64,000 nucleotides of DNA, taken from Octopus vulgaris (Eukaryota). The position numbers and the translations under genes were made by a program. The notes under the pieces are model-generated. The model was not told where the DNA came from, ran no database searches, and was given only the letters and a program-made list of their open reading frames with translations. Where the stretch lies: contig OX597821.1 of assembly GCA_951406725.2 (NCBI GenBank), positions 76,012,001-76,076,000 on the forward strand, written 5' to 3'. This document shows positions 13,600 to 32,530 of the stretch, piece by piece. Position 1 is the first letter of the stretch, and every line of letters starts with the position of its first letter.

Positions 13600-14310
13600 A
13601 ACCCGATGGTATGGAAAAGCTCAATGCCTAAAATACCATGTCAAAGTTTGGTGGGGAATGACCACCCTAGACAATGGTGGTCAGGCCCTTCTCACCCTCT
13701 TCAGGCATACTTAATTAAGTGAAAGGCCAGAGATATTTGTCTGTCTATCTTCTCTTTTCTCTTATAGCTGAGAGATATAATATATTTTCTAGAGAGCATC
13801 CAGCCTAGGACAACATCTCTGGACGAGGGAAGACAGGCCACTCTGAGCTTCAAGACAACCTATTTAATGGGATAGTACAAACATCTTCTCTTCCAAATAA
13901 GGATAATCTCAGTCCTTAGACATCATGTCAATGTCTAAATCACACCAACTCGTCTATCGCAGGGTTTACCATGGGACACGTTTTGTAGCAGAGTATCAGA
14001 ACGGGATCGAAAATTAGACTTTTGAAGCAAACCCTCTAAAAGTTATCAGAACCTCGGAAATCTCAAACCTGAATCGTTAGCACACCCGTCACAAATTAGC
14101 AACAAAAATCAAAATACAAAACAAAATGGACAGGTGCGAAGTACAAAGAAAGGTAATGAGGGCGTTTCACACCGCAGTGAATATAGCAGAACCTAAAATC
14201 AATAAACAGATCCAAGAAAGATTTTCACAAACTAACGCGTTAGATATTTCTGTCAAGAACATTTTCTCTTGAATGTTGCATTCAGTCTAATTCTATAATT
14301 TACTTGTGTA

Positions 14311-14691
14311 GAGGCGCAATGGCCCAGTGGTTAGGGCAGCGGACTCGCGGTCATAGGATCGCGGTTTCGATTCCCAGACCGGGCGTTGTGAGTGTTTATT
14401 GAGCGAAAACACCTAAAGCTCCACGAGGCTCCGGCAGGGGATGGTGGTGATCCCTGCTGTATTCTTTCACCACAACATTCTCTCACTCTTACTTCCTGTT
14501 TCTGTTGTACCTGTATTTCAAAGGAGCGACCTTGTCACTCTCTGTATCACGCTTAATATCCCCGAGAACTACATTTAGGGTACACGTGTCTGTGGAGTGC
14601 TCAGCCACTTACACGTTAATTTCACGAGCAGGCTGTTCCGTTGATTCGGATCAACCGGAACCCTCGTCGTCGTAACCGACGGAGTGCTTCC
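14311..14691 (+). mobile_element. tRNA(Arg-like)-derived SINE family C
   Basis: A-box tggcccagtggttaggg and B-box ggtttcgattccc. 14-bp TSD ataatttacttgtg at 14295-14308 and 14692-14705. Confidence 0.9.
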
Positions 14692-14707
14692 ATAATTTAC
14701 TTGTGAA

Positions 14708-15025
14708 GGCGCGTAGCTTAGTGGTTGGGGTATTCTGCTCACGATCGTAAAGTCGTGGGTTCAATTCCCGGCGACGCGTAGTGTCTTTCAGCAAGACACT
14801 TTATTTCACGTTGCTACAGTTCACTCAGCTGGCAAAAATAAATAGTACCTGTATTTCAAAGGACCAGTCTTGTTACATTCTGTGTCATGCTGAATCTCCC
14901 TGAGAACTACGTTACGGGTACACGTGTCTATGGAGTGCTCAGCCTCTTGCACATAAATTTCATGAGCACACTGTTCCGTTGATCGGATCAGCTGAGACCC
15001 TCGTCGTCATAACCGAAGGAGTTCT
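14708..15025 (+). mobile_element. SINE family C' (different head and centre, same 3' half as family C)
   Basis: Head ggcgcgtagcttagtgg..ggttcaattccc. Shares gtacctgtatttcaaagg..gagaactac..ccctcgtcgtc.taaccga with 14311-14691. Confidence 0.85.
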
Positions 15026-15727
15026 TCAAAAATTTTCTTAATATAGTATTTATCTGCTTAATTTTTTTTTCTCTATGACTCGGCAGCATATATTCTGCAC
15101 ATTTATAAACAGTTCTGGTTTTTAATTTTTGGCTGAAAGTGAGTATCTTTGTAATTACTCTAATTGATGTGTATCTAATTTCGTTTAAACTCGTAGTATT
15201 GATGTTCGTTTTTGTTTTTCATTAAGTCTGCGATGGTTAGGGTTGAGTGTTTAAAGTTCTTTATTTATCCGTCTGAAGTACTCATTGAAATTAATCAATA
15301 ATCTATTGCGAAAATATTGATCAGTGCTTGATTCTCATTGAATAATACCAGTTCTGTCTACGACAACATCGGCGATGGCGACGATAGCGATGATACTGAT
15401 ATTATTGGTAGTAAGTCTGCTAGAGATGATGATGTTAAGGATAATACAATTACGATAATGGTGGTGGTGGAGGGTTAGGGTTAGGATTACGATGAAGATG
15501 ACAACGACAATAAATAGTGACGAAAAGTTGTGATGAAGCTGATGTGGTTGAATGTAAACTAGCGGAGCAATATCAACGTTGGAAACAACAGTAACAACCA
15601 GGACAACAAAAAAGATTAAAATTAATTTAGAGAAACTGATTTAATGATCATCGAAATGGCTTAAATGGCTCAGTGATAGAATTACTGGAGCAGTCTAAAT
15701 GACTTGCAATGTTTATTGTGCTATTAA

Positions 15728-16130
15728 GGCGATGGCCTGCCAGAATCGTCAGCAGCACCGGACAAAATGCTTAGCGGTATTTCGTCTGCCGTTGCGTTGT
15801 GAGTTCAAATTCCGCCGAGGTCGACTTTGCCTTTCATCCTTTCGGGGTCGATTAAATAAGTACCAGTTACGCACTGGTGTCGATGTAATCGACTTAATCC
15901 GTTTGTCTGTCCTTGTTTGTCCCCTCTGTGTGTAGCCCCTTGTGGGTAGTAAAGAAATAGGTATTTTATCTGCCGTTACGTTCTGAGTTCAAATTCCGCC
16001 GAGGTCGACTTTACCTTTCATCATTTCAGAGGTCGATAAAATAAGTACCCGTTGAGCACTGGAGTCGGTGTACTTCACTTACATACCTTTCTCGCGATTA
16101 CTAGCCATGTGCTAAATTTAAAATCGATAT
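15728..16130 (+). mobile_element. SINE family B dimer
   Basis: Head ggcgatggcctgccagaatcgtcagc, core, tail 1, then a second core from ~15961. Confidence 0.85.
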
Positions 16131-16754
16131 TTCTTGTGTTCTTCAAGTTCTAGTCCTGCCATATTCCTGCTAAACCTTTCTATGTCTATGCTGATAGAGT
16201 TAAGACAGTCTAAAGTGACAGAATTGAATTGTTAAAGCACCCGATGAAATGCGTTGTGTTATACCTTTTGGGAGTTCTTGGATGCTCAACTCAACCATTC
16301 GGTTCAACTCTTTGACTTTGAGTGTCTGTAGTGGATAGTAATCTGTTGAAGGTATTCAAACGAGATTTCCATTTTCAGAATAACTCCTTCTATTCGTTCC
16401 ACAGTGAAAAGAATTTATGTGGAAGAACATTGCATCCCAACCCATTTCTAAAGAGTAAAAAGGAAAAATGATTGCAATCAAAAGAACGAAATCCACTATC
16501 AGTAAAATTACAACAAAATCAAAAACAAATAGAGTATTTTGCGGTTATCCGAATTGCTGGAAAAAGCAACCAAATCTCCCTAAAATCACATCTTATTCTA
16601 TTAAGAATAAATTGCTCGCGCATATTCGACAATGTAACCCGAGTCCATTCAAAATATTGGTATGGTTAATTGTAGAGACTTGCTATAGTAGAACTAATCG
16701 GTCAGAGCTAGGTGGGGATCGGTAGAATAGATTTAAGAGTAGAGTATTATCAAG

Positions 16755-21820
<5,066 letters not shown>

Positions 21821-22124
21821 TTACGGAGACATCATGTGGGCTATTTAGTTTTCAGTGAAATGTTATGCAGCCATTTTCATCCGTGAATTTCTGTCGTCTG
21901 CTTCGGCGAATGTCGAGATATCACTTGCGTTACATGATATCTGCTAAGCTGCCAAAGATAGCAACTAGTGATAGAATGTATTTCATTGCTACACCATTAG
22001 GATTACAAGCCGCTTACGACCTCTTGCAACAACAAAGTCGATTAGATCGGAAAATGGAACTGGTAATTGTGGACATTTCCCATCATGGCCAGTTAACATA
22101 ATCATACAAACACATAAATCAGTA

Positions 22125-22159
<35 letters not shown>

Positions 22160-22326
22160 ACACACACACACGTACACACACATACAAACACACACACTTA
22201 CAAATTGTTCTATTCTCATGCGTACACTTTTATATAAATATATGTCTATGCATATGCTCACATACAGTTATGTATGCATTTGTATATTAATACATATATA
22301 TGTATATAGATATACATACGCACATA

Positions 22327-22389
<63 letters not shown>

Positions 22390-22789
22390 TCACACACACA
22401 CATTCGCGTGCATAAATATATACATACATCTATAAAGTAAACTTACTAGGGAATGACGAGAATGATATGGCATGACTTTATTAGAAGTTACGATCGTTTC
22501 AATATCATATTGCCTGTGCATAACAAAGTACCACGTACCTACAAATCTTTATTGTTTACATTGCAGCTCCAGGAACGCGTCTAATATGTCAATTGGTGTA
22601 TCCAATAATTTAACACCGTTATATGCGGTGGCTGTATAAGCAATGTGTTCGGAGGCAAAAGTGGGTTAGATGAGGGCTGAAGAAGGAGCAGCACGCCTGA
22701 AATATGGCATATACTCTCATTACCTCACTTTTTCCTTGATCACATTGTCTGTTTACGTTTGACGTCTCAATACGAAACGTTGTAGCAAA

Positions 22790-23293
22790 AATCAGGCGAA
22801 ATACCGTTCTAGCAAAAAAGGACAGACGAGATACCTCTAAACATTTCGTCCGGCGTGTTAACGTTTCTGCTAGCATGCCGCCTTAACTCCATACAAATAT
22901 TCTTTTATACTCTGGGCACCAGGCCCGAAATTTGCGGGAGGGACCAGTCGATTAGATCGATCTTAGTACGCAACTCGTACTTAATTTATCAACCCGGAAG
23001 GATGAAAGGCAAAGTCGACCTCGGCGGAATTTGAACTCAGAACATAAAGACAGACGAAATACCTATTTCTTTACTACCCACAAGGAGCTAAACACAGAGA
23101 GGACAAACAAGGACAGACAAACGGATTAAGTCAATTACATCGATCCCAGTGCGTAACTGGTACTTTTTTATCGACCCCGAAAGGAAGAAAGGCAAAGTTG
23201 ACCTCGGCGGAATTTGAACTCACAACGTAACGGCAGACGAAATACCGCAAAGCATTTCGCCCGGCGTGCTAACGTTTCTGCCAGCTCGCCGCC
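22790..23293 (-). mobile_element. SINE family B dimer (22902-23293) abutting the head of an older family B copy (22790-22883)
   Basis: ttaactccatacaaatatt is duplicated at ~22883-22901 and ~23294-23312. Confidence 0.85.
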
Positions 23294-24606
23294 TTAACTC
23301 CATACAAATATTAATTAATTAATTACATTGTACTTAGTTGTACTTGCGGCGTCATTCACCCGGGGTGGATTCACCACGGCCCTCACGAATACTGACCAGC
23401 TTGACAAATGCCACTCTAAGAGAGCAATCGCGTCGGATAACATGAAAGCCACAGCTGTTGTCGTCATTCGATATTGAGATGTAGAGTTCATGTTCGGAGT
23501 TTCAGTAGAATTAAGTTCACATGTGATCTCCGGTTACTTGTAAACACATTTTGAAATAGGACGCACCGTAGCAATTGATTTTACTGTCGACCGTCGCAGA
23601 GGATTCGCTGACCAAGTAACCACCGATTATCGACGCAAACGTAGTCTTAATTTGAAGTAGGTTCTTGAGACACGCTTTAACAAAATTTAAGGGATTCCTC
23701 ACTCCTAGTGATATTCCAGTACTCCGAACACTGACCCTGAATTTCTGAGGGTCTGTCCTATTGTCAGATAGTCATTGAACCTATACAAGTTCTTCCATCC
23801 TATTGACAGATCTTCTTTTGCGTCCTGCTTCTTTTCTAGCAACCATCTTCATCTGAGGGGAGGGGGGGGGCTAGTAGGGGCCTCGGCTTAGTAGCCGATG
23901 ACCTGACCATGCAACAAGTTTTACGAGATTCAATGTTACAAGTAGCATTCATGGGGGACCTAACAAGCGTCCTTACAGGTAATTAACGACGTTGCTGCTA
24001 GCCATATCTTGAAGCCACTTAAAATCACAGTTGTATATTTTGAGAATTACAAACAAATATATTGAAAGATGTTATGCTGCAGAATGCCAGAATTATGAAG
24101 TATACACTCTATTTATGAGATATTTCAGTTGATGGATAATGAAGGAACGCAACAGATTACATTATTTAATCTAATATATAGCTGCCAGTGCCCCTGGCGG
24201 TTGTCGAGTGTATTGTATGTATGTCTAGTGATGGAGAGAAAGAATTTTAGGAGATAAACCAGAATTTCAAAGAGATGGCAGCTTATACTGCAATCTCAGA
24301 ACTGCCGATAGAGGGGGAATCGTAGTGTCATGAAAAATTTATATAGCGGTGAGATTCCATAGGAACTAAAATAAATAAAGAACAGAGGGTGGTGGAGGGT
24401 GGAGGCACATTATTAATTAGTGCACACCTAATTGGGTCATCTCCAATTAAACTGAAATTAAATTGGTTACAATAGTTAAATATTAAATTAGATACGTTAG
24501 TTAAGAATGGTTGGTTACACAAGAAAGAATTCAAGTGGGAGGTGAGAGAATCAATGAATTAGAACACCGCCGTTAATATTGGTTGAATCAAAATAACTTG
24601 GATATG

Positions 24607-24931
24607 ACTGGCACTCCGTCGGTTACGACGACGAGTGTTTCAGTTGATCCAATCAACGGAACAGCCTCCACAGACACGTGTACACTTAACGTAGTTCTCG
24701 GGAAGACTCAGTGTGACAAAGCTGGCCCTTTGAAATACAGGTACAACAGAAACAGGAAAAAAGTTGTGGTGAAAGAGTACAACAGGGATATCCACCAGCC
24801 CCTGCCGGAACCTCGTGGAGCTTTAGGTGTTTTCGCTCAATAAACACTCACAACGCCCGGTCTGGGAATCGAAACCGCGATCCTAAGACCGCGAGTCCGT
24901 TCCCCTAAGCACTGAGCCATTGCGCCTCCCC
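24607..24931 (-). mobile_element. SINE family C with internal deletions
   Basis: Reverse complement of 14311-14691. TSD acttggatatg at 24596-24606 and 24932-24942. Confidence 0.85.
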
Positions 24932-25266
24932 ACTTGGATATGTGTAGTTTTTATGTGAAAAGTTTTGGAAGGTTAAACAACCCGCATGGGTAATAAAGAA
25001 ATGTATATTAAATGTAACCAATGGATTAATAATTCATTATGCTAATTAATTAAATTAGACCCACATTTGAAGATTTCCAACAAAAATTTCAGCTACCTCC
25101 TGCACCTCTCTATCGAGAATTGATTAGTCGATGTTTTCCTTCTTGCGGTCCTAAAGAGTTTGTATGTATTATCTATCTTGATTCAGTTCAGCATTATTAC
25201 AAGTCATGCAAACAAATAAGTCACGACTGATCGCTTTGATGTGATAACATTCATGGACTCAATATT

Positions 25267-25888
25267 CTTTTCTACTCTAGGCACAAGGCCCAAAATTTGT
25301 GTGGAGGGGCTCAGTCGATTAGATTGACCCCATTACGCAACTGGTACTTAATTTATCGACCCCGAAAAGATTAAAGGCAAAGTCGATCACGGCGGTATTT
25401 CAACTCAGAACATAAAGACAGACGAAATAGCGCTAAGTATTTCGCCCGGCGTGCTAATATTTCTGTCAGCTCGCCGCCTTATTTAATATACTTTTCTACT
25501 CTAGGCACAAGGCCCAAAATTTGGGGGGAGGCGGCCAGTCGATTAGATCGACACCAGTACGCAACTGGTACTTAATTTATCGACCTCGGAAGGATGAAAG
25601 GCAGTCGACCTCAGCAGAATTTTAACTCAGAACATAAAGACAGATGAAATACCTATTTTTTTACTACCGACAAGGGGCTAAACACAGAGGGGTCAAACAA
25701 GGACAGACAAACGGATTAAGTCGATTACATCGACCCCAGTGTGTAACTGGTACTTAATTTATCGACCCCGAAAGGATGAAATGCAAAGTCGACCTCGGCG
25801 GAATTTGAACTCAGAACGTAAAGACTGACGAAATATCTCTAAGCAGTTCGCTCGGTGTGCTAACATTTCTGCCAGTTCGGCGCTTTGT
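25267..25888 (-). mobile_element. Composite SINE family B (dimer + monomer) inside one TSD
   Basis: Three family B cores. TSD tggactcaatatt at 25254-25266 and 25889-25901. Confidence 0.85.
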
Positions 25889-26459
25889 TGGACTCAATAT
25901 TACCAAACCCATATGATTACACGCATGTTTTGATTCTGTTATACATGTAGTAATGAAGTCAAACAACTCATGTAAATATTTATACTCCACAACACCCAAA
26001 TATATAAAGACGTTCAAAATAATTCAGAATTTCTTTGTTATTGATATAAACCGAATAAAATAATAACCGAGTGCAGTTGAGCCCCTCCATGTACATCTCA
26101 ACTCCCTTCCACCCCCACCCTCCGTTGCTCCTGCCACTTCTTTAACACATCACCCACCTACCTCACCCCTACATTCATTAAACTACCATCCCTTAGCAGA
26201 AATCTATCCGCTGACTGCCTCAACACCTGGGACACATAACCTGGTGACGATACCAGCATTTGAACTATAATCGAGAAATTCAATATTTATATGCATTTTA
26301 TTATCTTTTTAGGGCTCAGCTTGAGATAATGACAAGCCTTTAAAAATATAAAACAAAGTGTGTGCATGTGTGTGAGTGTGTGTGAGTGTATGTTTTGGAA
26401 ATAATCCATATTTTCTTTCTATGAAATAATTTAAGAACAATTCTTCCCATTTCTTTGGA

Positions 26460-27222
26460 TAGGTTTGTTCCCCATGAATTTAATGAGATCCAAAGAAACA
26501 TGGAACAGTGTGTTCCATGTTGATTTCTCGGTTGGAAAGAGAACCAGTTTTGTATTCACTCATTATGTGTGATGAGAAATGGATACTCTTTGATAACAAC
26601 AGAAGGGCAGGACAGTGGTTAGATGCAGGAGAGTTACCAAAACACTACCCAAAACTATCATTGCACCCTAAAAAGTCGATGGTCACTACATGGTGGTCAA
26701 CAAAGTGGATTATTCATTATTCAATTTTGCAGCAAGGAAAACCTGAAACAGCAACATCCCCTTGTCAGGAAATTGATTGTATGCAAGAAAAAATTAAAAA
26801 GAAGCAACACATATTAATGAATAGAGATGACCCAATTTTGCTTCATGATAATGCACGGCCTCACACTTCTCAAGCTACGGGCCACAAGATGCAAAGCTTG
26901 AATTATGAAATTTTGGCACATTTTCCTTATTCTCTTGATATCTCTCCTACTGATTATCACATATTTAAACACTTCGAGCTTGCTAAACACAATAAAACAT
27001 TCTTAAATAAAGAAGAGGTAATTGAAGCATTCGAACAGTTTATCAGTATAAAAGATAACAAATTCTTTGAAGATGGAATATATGCCTAGAGAGGAACGTT
27101 GGATGAAGGTCATAAATGAACAATGACCATATTTTGATTAAATAAATAAATATTCTAAAACTTGAAAAGCAATTTTACTGTTTCCTTTTCAAATGCAACA
27201 TTTCATGTGAGACAACCTAATA
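26460..27222 (+). mobile_element. 5'-truncated mariner (DD34D) transposon: decayed transposase catalytic domain and right TIR
   Basis: ORF 26508-27089 has MCDEKWI, LLHDNARPH and HFPYSLDISPTDYHIF. Ends in ..gagacaacctaa-TA (27213-27222). Confidence 0.9.
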
Positions 27223-27525
27223 TATCAGCGAGAGTTTTCAAGGCACATGATGCATCATAGAAAGTCTGGGTGAAGAACCTGGCATGTGTGGGACCCTGCT
27301 TATTTTAGAGCAATCAAAAGCTTTTGATAGGGTTTACTATCAACAGTTTGGCGGCCTCTTCACATGGCGAGTCGCTTCGATCCAATCTTCAATGATTTAA
27401 TCGGCGACATTTGGTTGGTGGTTAGAGTAAATAGCCATCTATTGGAACTTATTTTCACGATACTGTGTGTGTGCGTGTGTGTGTGTGTGTGCGTGTGTGT
27501 GTGTGTGCGTGTGTGTGTGCGTGTA

Positions 27526-27585
<60 letters not shown>

Positions 27586-30198
27586 TTTGTTTACACAATC
27601 GTGGAGAACTTATCCTTATCCGATGGAGTACAGAATACTCTATCAAGGTACTAACCAGATGACTTGTTATATTTTTTCCCGGTCTACATTGGTACATTCA
27701 GAAAATCCAGTCGATGTCTGTCAAACGAAACGTCTGAACAGTTTTGCGAGGCTTTTATGCTCTCTCTCCTATTACACAATTCAATCGTCCTCCAAATCGT
27801 AAGAGCGGGATCTAACTGATGGCTATCACATTCGTCCTAACTTTGATTGGTATAAATTATGATTAGAGAGAGCACTAGATTGATATATTGGCAGTGATAA
27901 TAAAACTTTGTTTCACTTTATATTTGAACACTTTGCAGTCGATACAATATTTTAATCCACTAAATACATTCCCGTAAAATGTGTAGCATTTTGGATTTTA
28001 TCAGTAAGAAATGGCTGAATCGTTACTTCATCTGTCTTCATGTTCTGAGTTCAAATTCCGTCGATGTCGACTTTGCCTTTCCTCCTTTCGGGTTCGACAA
28101 CATAAGTACAAGTTGAGAACCGATATGGACGTAATCGATTTTTCCCCTTCCAGAACTTGCTTTTGAAACCAATATATTGTGGTCGATAGAATCAAGTATA
28201 CATAGAAAGCGATGAAGTGGTAGAATGGTACTTTCAGCTTCACTCTATGTTTAAACCCTTGGCAATCGATACAATAAGTGTTGGGTATTTATTTCTATCA
28301 TTTTAATCCACTAAATGCCATCCCGTAAAGTATTTAGGCTGCAGTATTATGGCCCTCACCAGCGAGGGTATCTCTCGGCCAACACTCGCCTGGTTAAATT
28401 CTGTGCTAAATCAAAACCCAATTTAATAATTCGAAGTTAATATATTGTTCAAACGCATAAATTAATCAGATAATTTTAATCAATTATATCTAACATATCT
28501 GAAAGTTTTATTTCAAACTTGCGACATTATCGGCAGCTTGCTGTGCTTGTGTGTGACTAGCAATCTCATAATCTGGACTATGATTCTCTATGTTCGCGTT
28601 TAGAAGGAAAAGAAAAGCTAGAAATAATAATAAACATTTCATTAGTGGGGGAAAAATTGGTTCGTGTGTTTACAGAGTAACTACACAAAATAATGGTTTT
28701 ACAGATTTTAAAATAAATGTATGAAATATGAGTTATGCCTTCATTCAATCATAACTGTTCTCCTTTATTCACGTTTCTATATAATCGAAGTGGTGTAAGC
28801 CTTGCTATAGTTGGGCGTTTGTTTAAGAAATGAGGAATAGTATGAGGCGCTATGGAATAAATAGATCAGCAGCCTTGCTGAACAAGCCATTGGGGATATG
28901 GTTCAGCATGTTCTGACGTGCCTACGCATATATATCACACAATATGTCTGCTTACGTCCATTTTTCTTGCTTTTCGACTCCGTTTCTCTGCTTTATGTTA
29001 GCCAATAGGCGTATCTGATTTAGTGTTCCATGAAAGGTTCTCAAGCAATCTGCAGATATTGCATCGGTCAAAAACAAGAGAAACATTATTTATTTAAACT
29101 TTTTCTTTATCTTTTTATCTATTTATATATTTCTTTACTTATTTTTACTTTCATTATTAACTTATTGATCCGGAATTCTTTCCTAGTTGAATAGTCGAAT
29201 AGGTTTTGACGGCGAATAAACACAAAATATTGTTTATGGTACACTTGAAAACACGTGTAAGCGTTTACCACATTCTAATATTACATGCATCATTGAGGCT
29301 TGCATTGGCATCACTGATTTGGCAATATCTTGAAAAGTTGTGAAAGAAATGAAAGGAATGCACTGTTGTAAAAAGGAACAAATGTTTGTTAAAATAGTCA
29401 TCTAAATCTCGACATCAGAGAAAATCATTTTTATAGTGGCATTGTTTTATGCATTTATGTATTTATTTAACCTGTTTTGGCTTTCTTTCAATTTTTGTTT
29501 CTTTCTCTATATATTAATTCCTTTCATACGAGACACATCATATTCACAAGATGTGGTTGAAATTGCTTGACATTCGTTATTTATCTTCTCAAGGGCATTT
29601 TCTATGTAGATTATAATGGCTCTGAACAAAAATCAAAACTGAACTGCAGGCTCATCGATTCTTTTCTAAAAATTATTGCTGTCTAAAATGGAGCAAAATT
29701 GAATCAACCGAGAATAGAACCCGAACCTCAAAATATTAAGTATTTATTTGCTGTTGTTGTTTTGCCTCAAGTCAAGTCTGGTCGACTAGATCTATGACCA
29801 AAGAAGTTCCAACCGTGATCATCTCGGTTTATTTTTTTACTCCAGCTATTGTGCGTCTGTATATCAGCCCAAATGTTATATATTTGAAACATGTGGTGTA
29901 TGATATGAGTGAAACTTAGTTACCATTTTAGCAGGTCGAACAGTCACATACGAGCACCTAACAATAAATTTACACACTTTTCCTTTCATTCTAGGTTTTC
30001 AGGCGACTATATTCCGACTTCTTCTAAAGCCCGAGGATATCCACTTTATAGTGACTTTGTCGAAGGAGAATAGAATAAATCATATTTATGTCTTTATGAC
30101 TGTTCATTTAACTGAGACCCTCTTGCATAGGTTTTTTAATTGGGACCATTGTAAAGGATTGTACTTGCTCTTCTTATGTTTGAACCAGTCACATATTC

Positions 30199-30494
30199 TT
30201 TTATTTGTTTCCGTTATTCTACTGCGGCCATGCAGGAGCACCGCCTTTTAGTCGAGCAAATCGACTCCAGAGCTTATTCTTTATAAGCCTAGTTACTTAT
30301 TCTATTGATCTCTTTTGCCGAACCGCTAAGTTACGGGGACGTAAACACACCAGCATCGGTTGTCAAGCGATGTTAGGAGGACAAACACAGACACACAAAT
30401 ATATACATTCATATTTATATATATGTGTGTGTGTGTATGTGTGTGTATATGTATATATATATATATGTGTGTCTGTGTGTGTGTATATATATAT

Positions 30495-30558
<64 letters not shown>

Positions 30559-30744
30559 ATATATATATATATATATATATATACGACGGGCTTCTTTCAG
30601 TTTCCGTCAACCAAATCCACTCACAAGGCTTTGGTCTGCCCGAAGCCTAGTAAAAAACACTTACCCAAGGTTCCACGCAGTAAGACTGAACTCGGAACCA
30701 TGAGGCTGGTAAGCAAGCTACTTACCACACAGCCACTCCTGCGC
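30199..30744 (-). mobile_element. SINE family A
   Basis: Colinear with 5839-6288, with an expanded internal microsatellite. Confidence 0.9.
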
Positions 30745-31350
30745 ATATATTGTTTCTAAATTAGTGGTTTAACAACACACACGGACCACATTGTGGATTA
30801 TCAACTGCATAAAGAAGGTAGTTAAAATCTGAACAGGTGGAGTTTTAAGATTGCATCAACACACCTGCTATTCGGTTTCATTTTCAAGTTGTCTGCAATA
30901 AAGACGGTTAAAGACAAAAGAGTTTAAAAGAAAAAAAAAAGGTTGGTATATCAGTTAGAGGACTGTTTGTATGTCAATGCTATCATCTCTAATGAATGTC
31001 CTGTTTACAACTATGCATAGACCCCATACGTGTGCTGCAGAATGGTACAAAACTTCTAGTAAATAGTATTTACGATTCAGTTTCGGTCAAATTATCGTCT
31101 TTCTCTATTTAATCATCGTGAACTTAGATGCCGTCACTGTGGAATGGAGCCAATTGTTTTGTGAACAGATTTTGTCATCTGTGAGTCTTGTCGCGAAAAT
31201 ATAAATCAACATAAACATGATAAAGGATCATAAATTTTTTCGTAATAAAAATAATCTCTCCTTCCATTATATGCATACATATGGATATAGTTATCTAAAG
31301 GTATGAGAGTTTGAGATGGAACAAGTATAAACAAGTTATGAACTTCATTA

Positions 31351-31660
31351 GCTTACGGCTGTTTCTGCTATAAGATGCGGTGGACTCATAGATTAGTAAT
31401 TGAGTATCACCTTATAAAGGGCCGCGAGCTGGCAGAATCGTTAGCATATCGGGCGAAATGCTTAGCGGTAGTTCGCCTGATTTTACGTTCTGAGTTCAAA
31501 TTCCGCCGAGGTCGATTTAGCCTTTCATCCATTCGGGGTCGATAAATTAGGTACCAGTTGCGTACTGGGGTCGATCTAATCGACTGGCCCCTTCCCCCAA
31601 AATATTTCGAGCCTTCTGCCTAGAGTAGAAAAGAGTATCGCCTTATAGCTCCATCAGAGC
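31351..31660 (-). ncRNA. Hammerhead-like motif split by a SINE insertion
   Basis: After removing the SINE and one TSD copy: GCT-CTGATGG-a-GCTATAAG..CTTATAGC-a-GAAAC-AGCC-GTA-AGC. One core substitution (A9 to G). Confidence 0.55.
31417..31632 (+). mobile_element. SINE family B monomer (tail 2)
   Basis: TSD gagtatcRccttata at 31402-31416 and 31633-31647. Confidence 0.9.
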
Positions 31661-32169
31661 ATTAAAGATCCATCAGAGTTTCAAACATGAAATGCACTTC
31701 GTGTTTGGTTAGCTCCAATGAAACGTTTCGGTGTTACTCATTCATTCACCTATGAGCCCACTGCATCTTATAGAGACGTCTGATATAGAAGGATAGCTTA
31801 CATTGACAGCTGAAAAGCTGTGCACTTCAAATCTTGCTGAGGTCGAACTTACTTTTCATCCAGTCCGTGGTCGACAAATAGTAGCAGTTATGTTCTGAGA
31901 TGAAGCTTTTCGATATAACTGATCGTTCCTACTCCATAAATTCATAGCTTTATTTAAAGTTAAGCAGAATAAGAATGTTCCCGTTGAGATTGGAATTCGG
32001 GGCATAATCAGACAGGTATCACTACTGTAAGAGATTTTCTTTCAGATCACATTTGCTTCTCCCATTCTCTATCCTACGTGGGTTAAATAGTAATGTATAA
32101 TTTAGTTAAGAAGGATACAAATTTGTGGAGAAGGAAAATCTGACCATGTTGGTGATTCCCATCTCCGAA

Positions 32170-32530
32170 CCTAACTGGTTATAGTTTATTGACCTCTGAT
32201 GGAATGTAAAGCAAAGTCAAGCCCAGCAGGATTTGAACTCCGAATGTATCGAAATACGAAAACGCTTTTGGTTTGAAAGATTTACCGCTATTGTTACGCC
32301 CAACCTTTAGAAAGAAAAGAACAATCATTTCTTACACAGGATAGAAATCCGATAAGGAACGACGTCGGTTGTATCGAATTCCAATACTTGACTGACTTTG
32401 TATTACATTGACCCCTGAAGGGCGAAACACAAAGATCAGCTTGTCGGGATTTGAACTCAGAATGTCAACAACCGAAAGAAATACCGGAAGGCATTTTGTC
32501 CTACGCTCTAACGGTTCTGCCAATCTATCA
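32170..32530 (-). mobile_element. Two diverged SINE family B fragments
   Basis: gcaaagtcaa..ggatttgaactc and gggatttgaactcagaatg..ctaacggttctgcca. Confidence 0.6.

Noticed and set aside
14311-14385. tRNA gene
   Set aside because: It continues into a SINE body with a TSD and has another copy in the window; the cloverleaf is imperfect. The same applies to 14708, 59927 and 10956.
27235-27350. SKAFDRV-like RT fragment
   Set aside because: Too short and decayed to assign.
27935-28335. Imperfect direct repeat (tcgatacaata..ttttaatccactaaat..cccgtaaa) around a SINE B fragment
   Set aside because: Short, interrupted and with no ribozyme or terminal signature; probably a local duplication.
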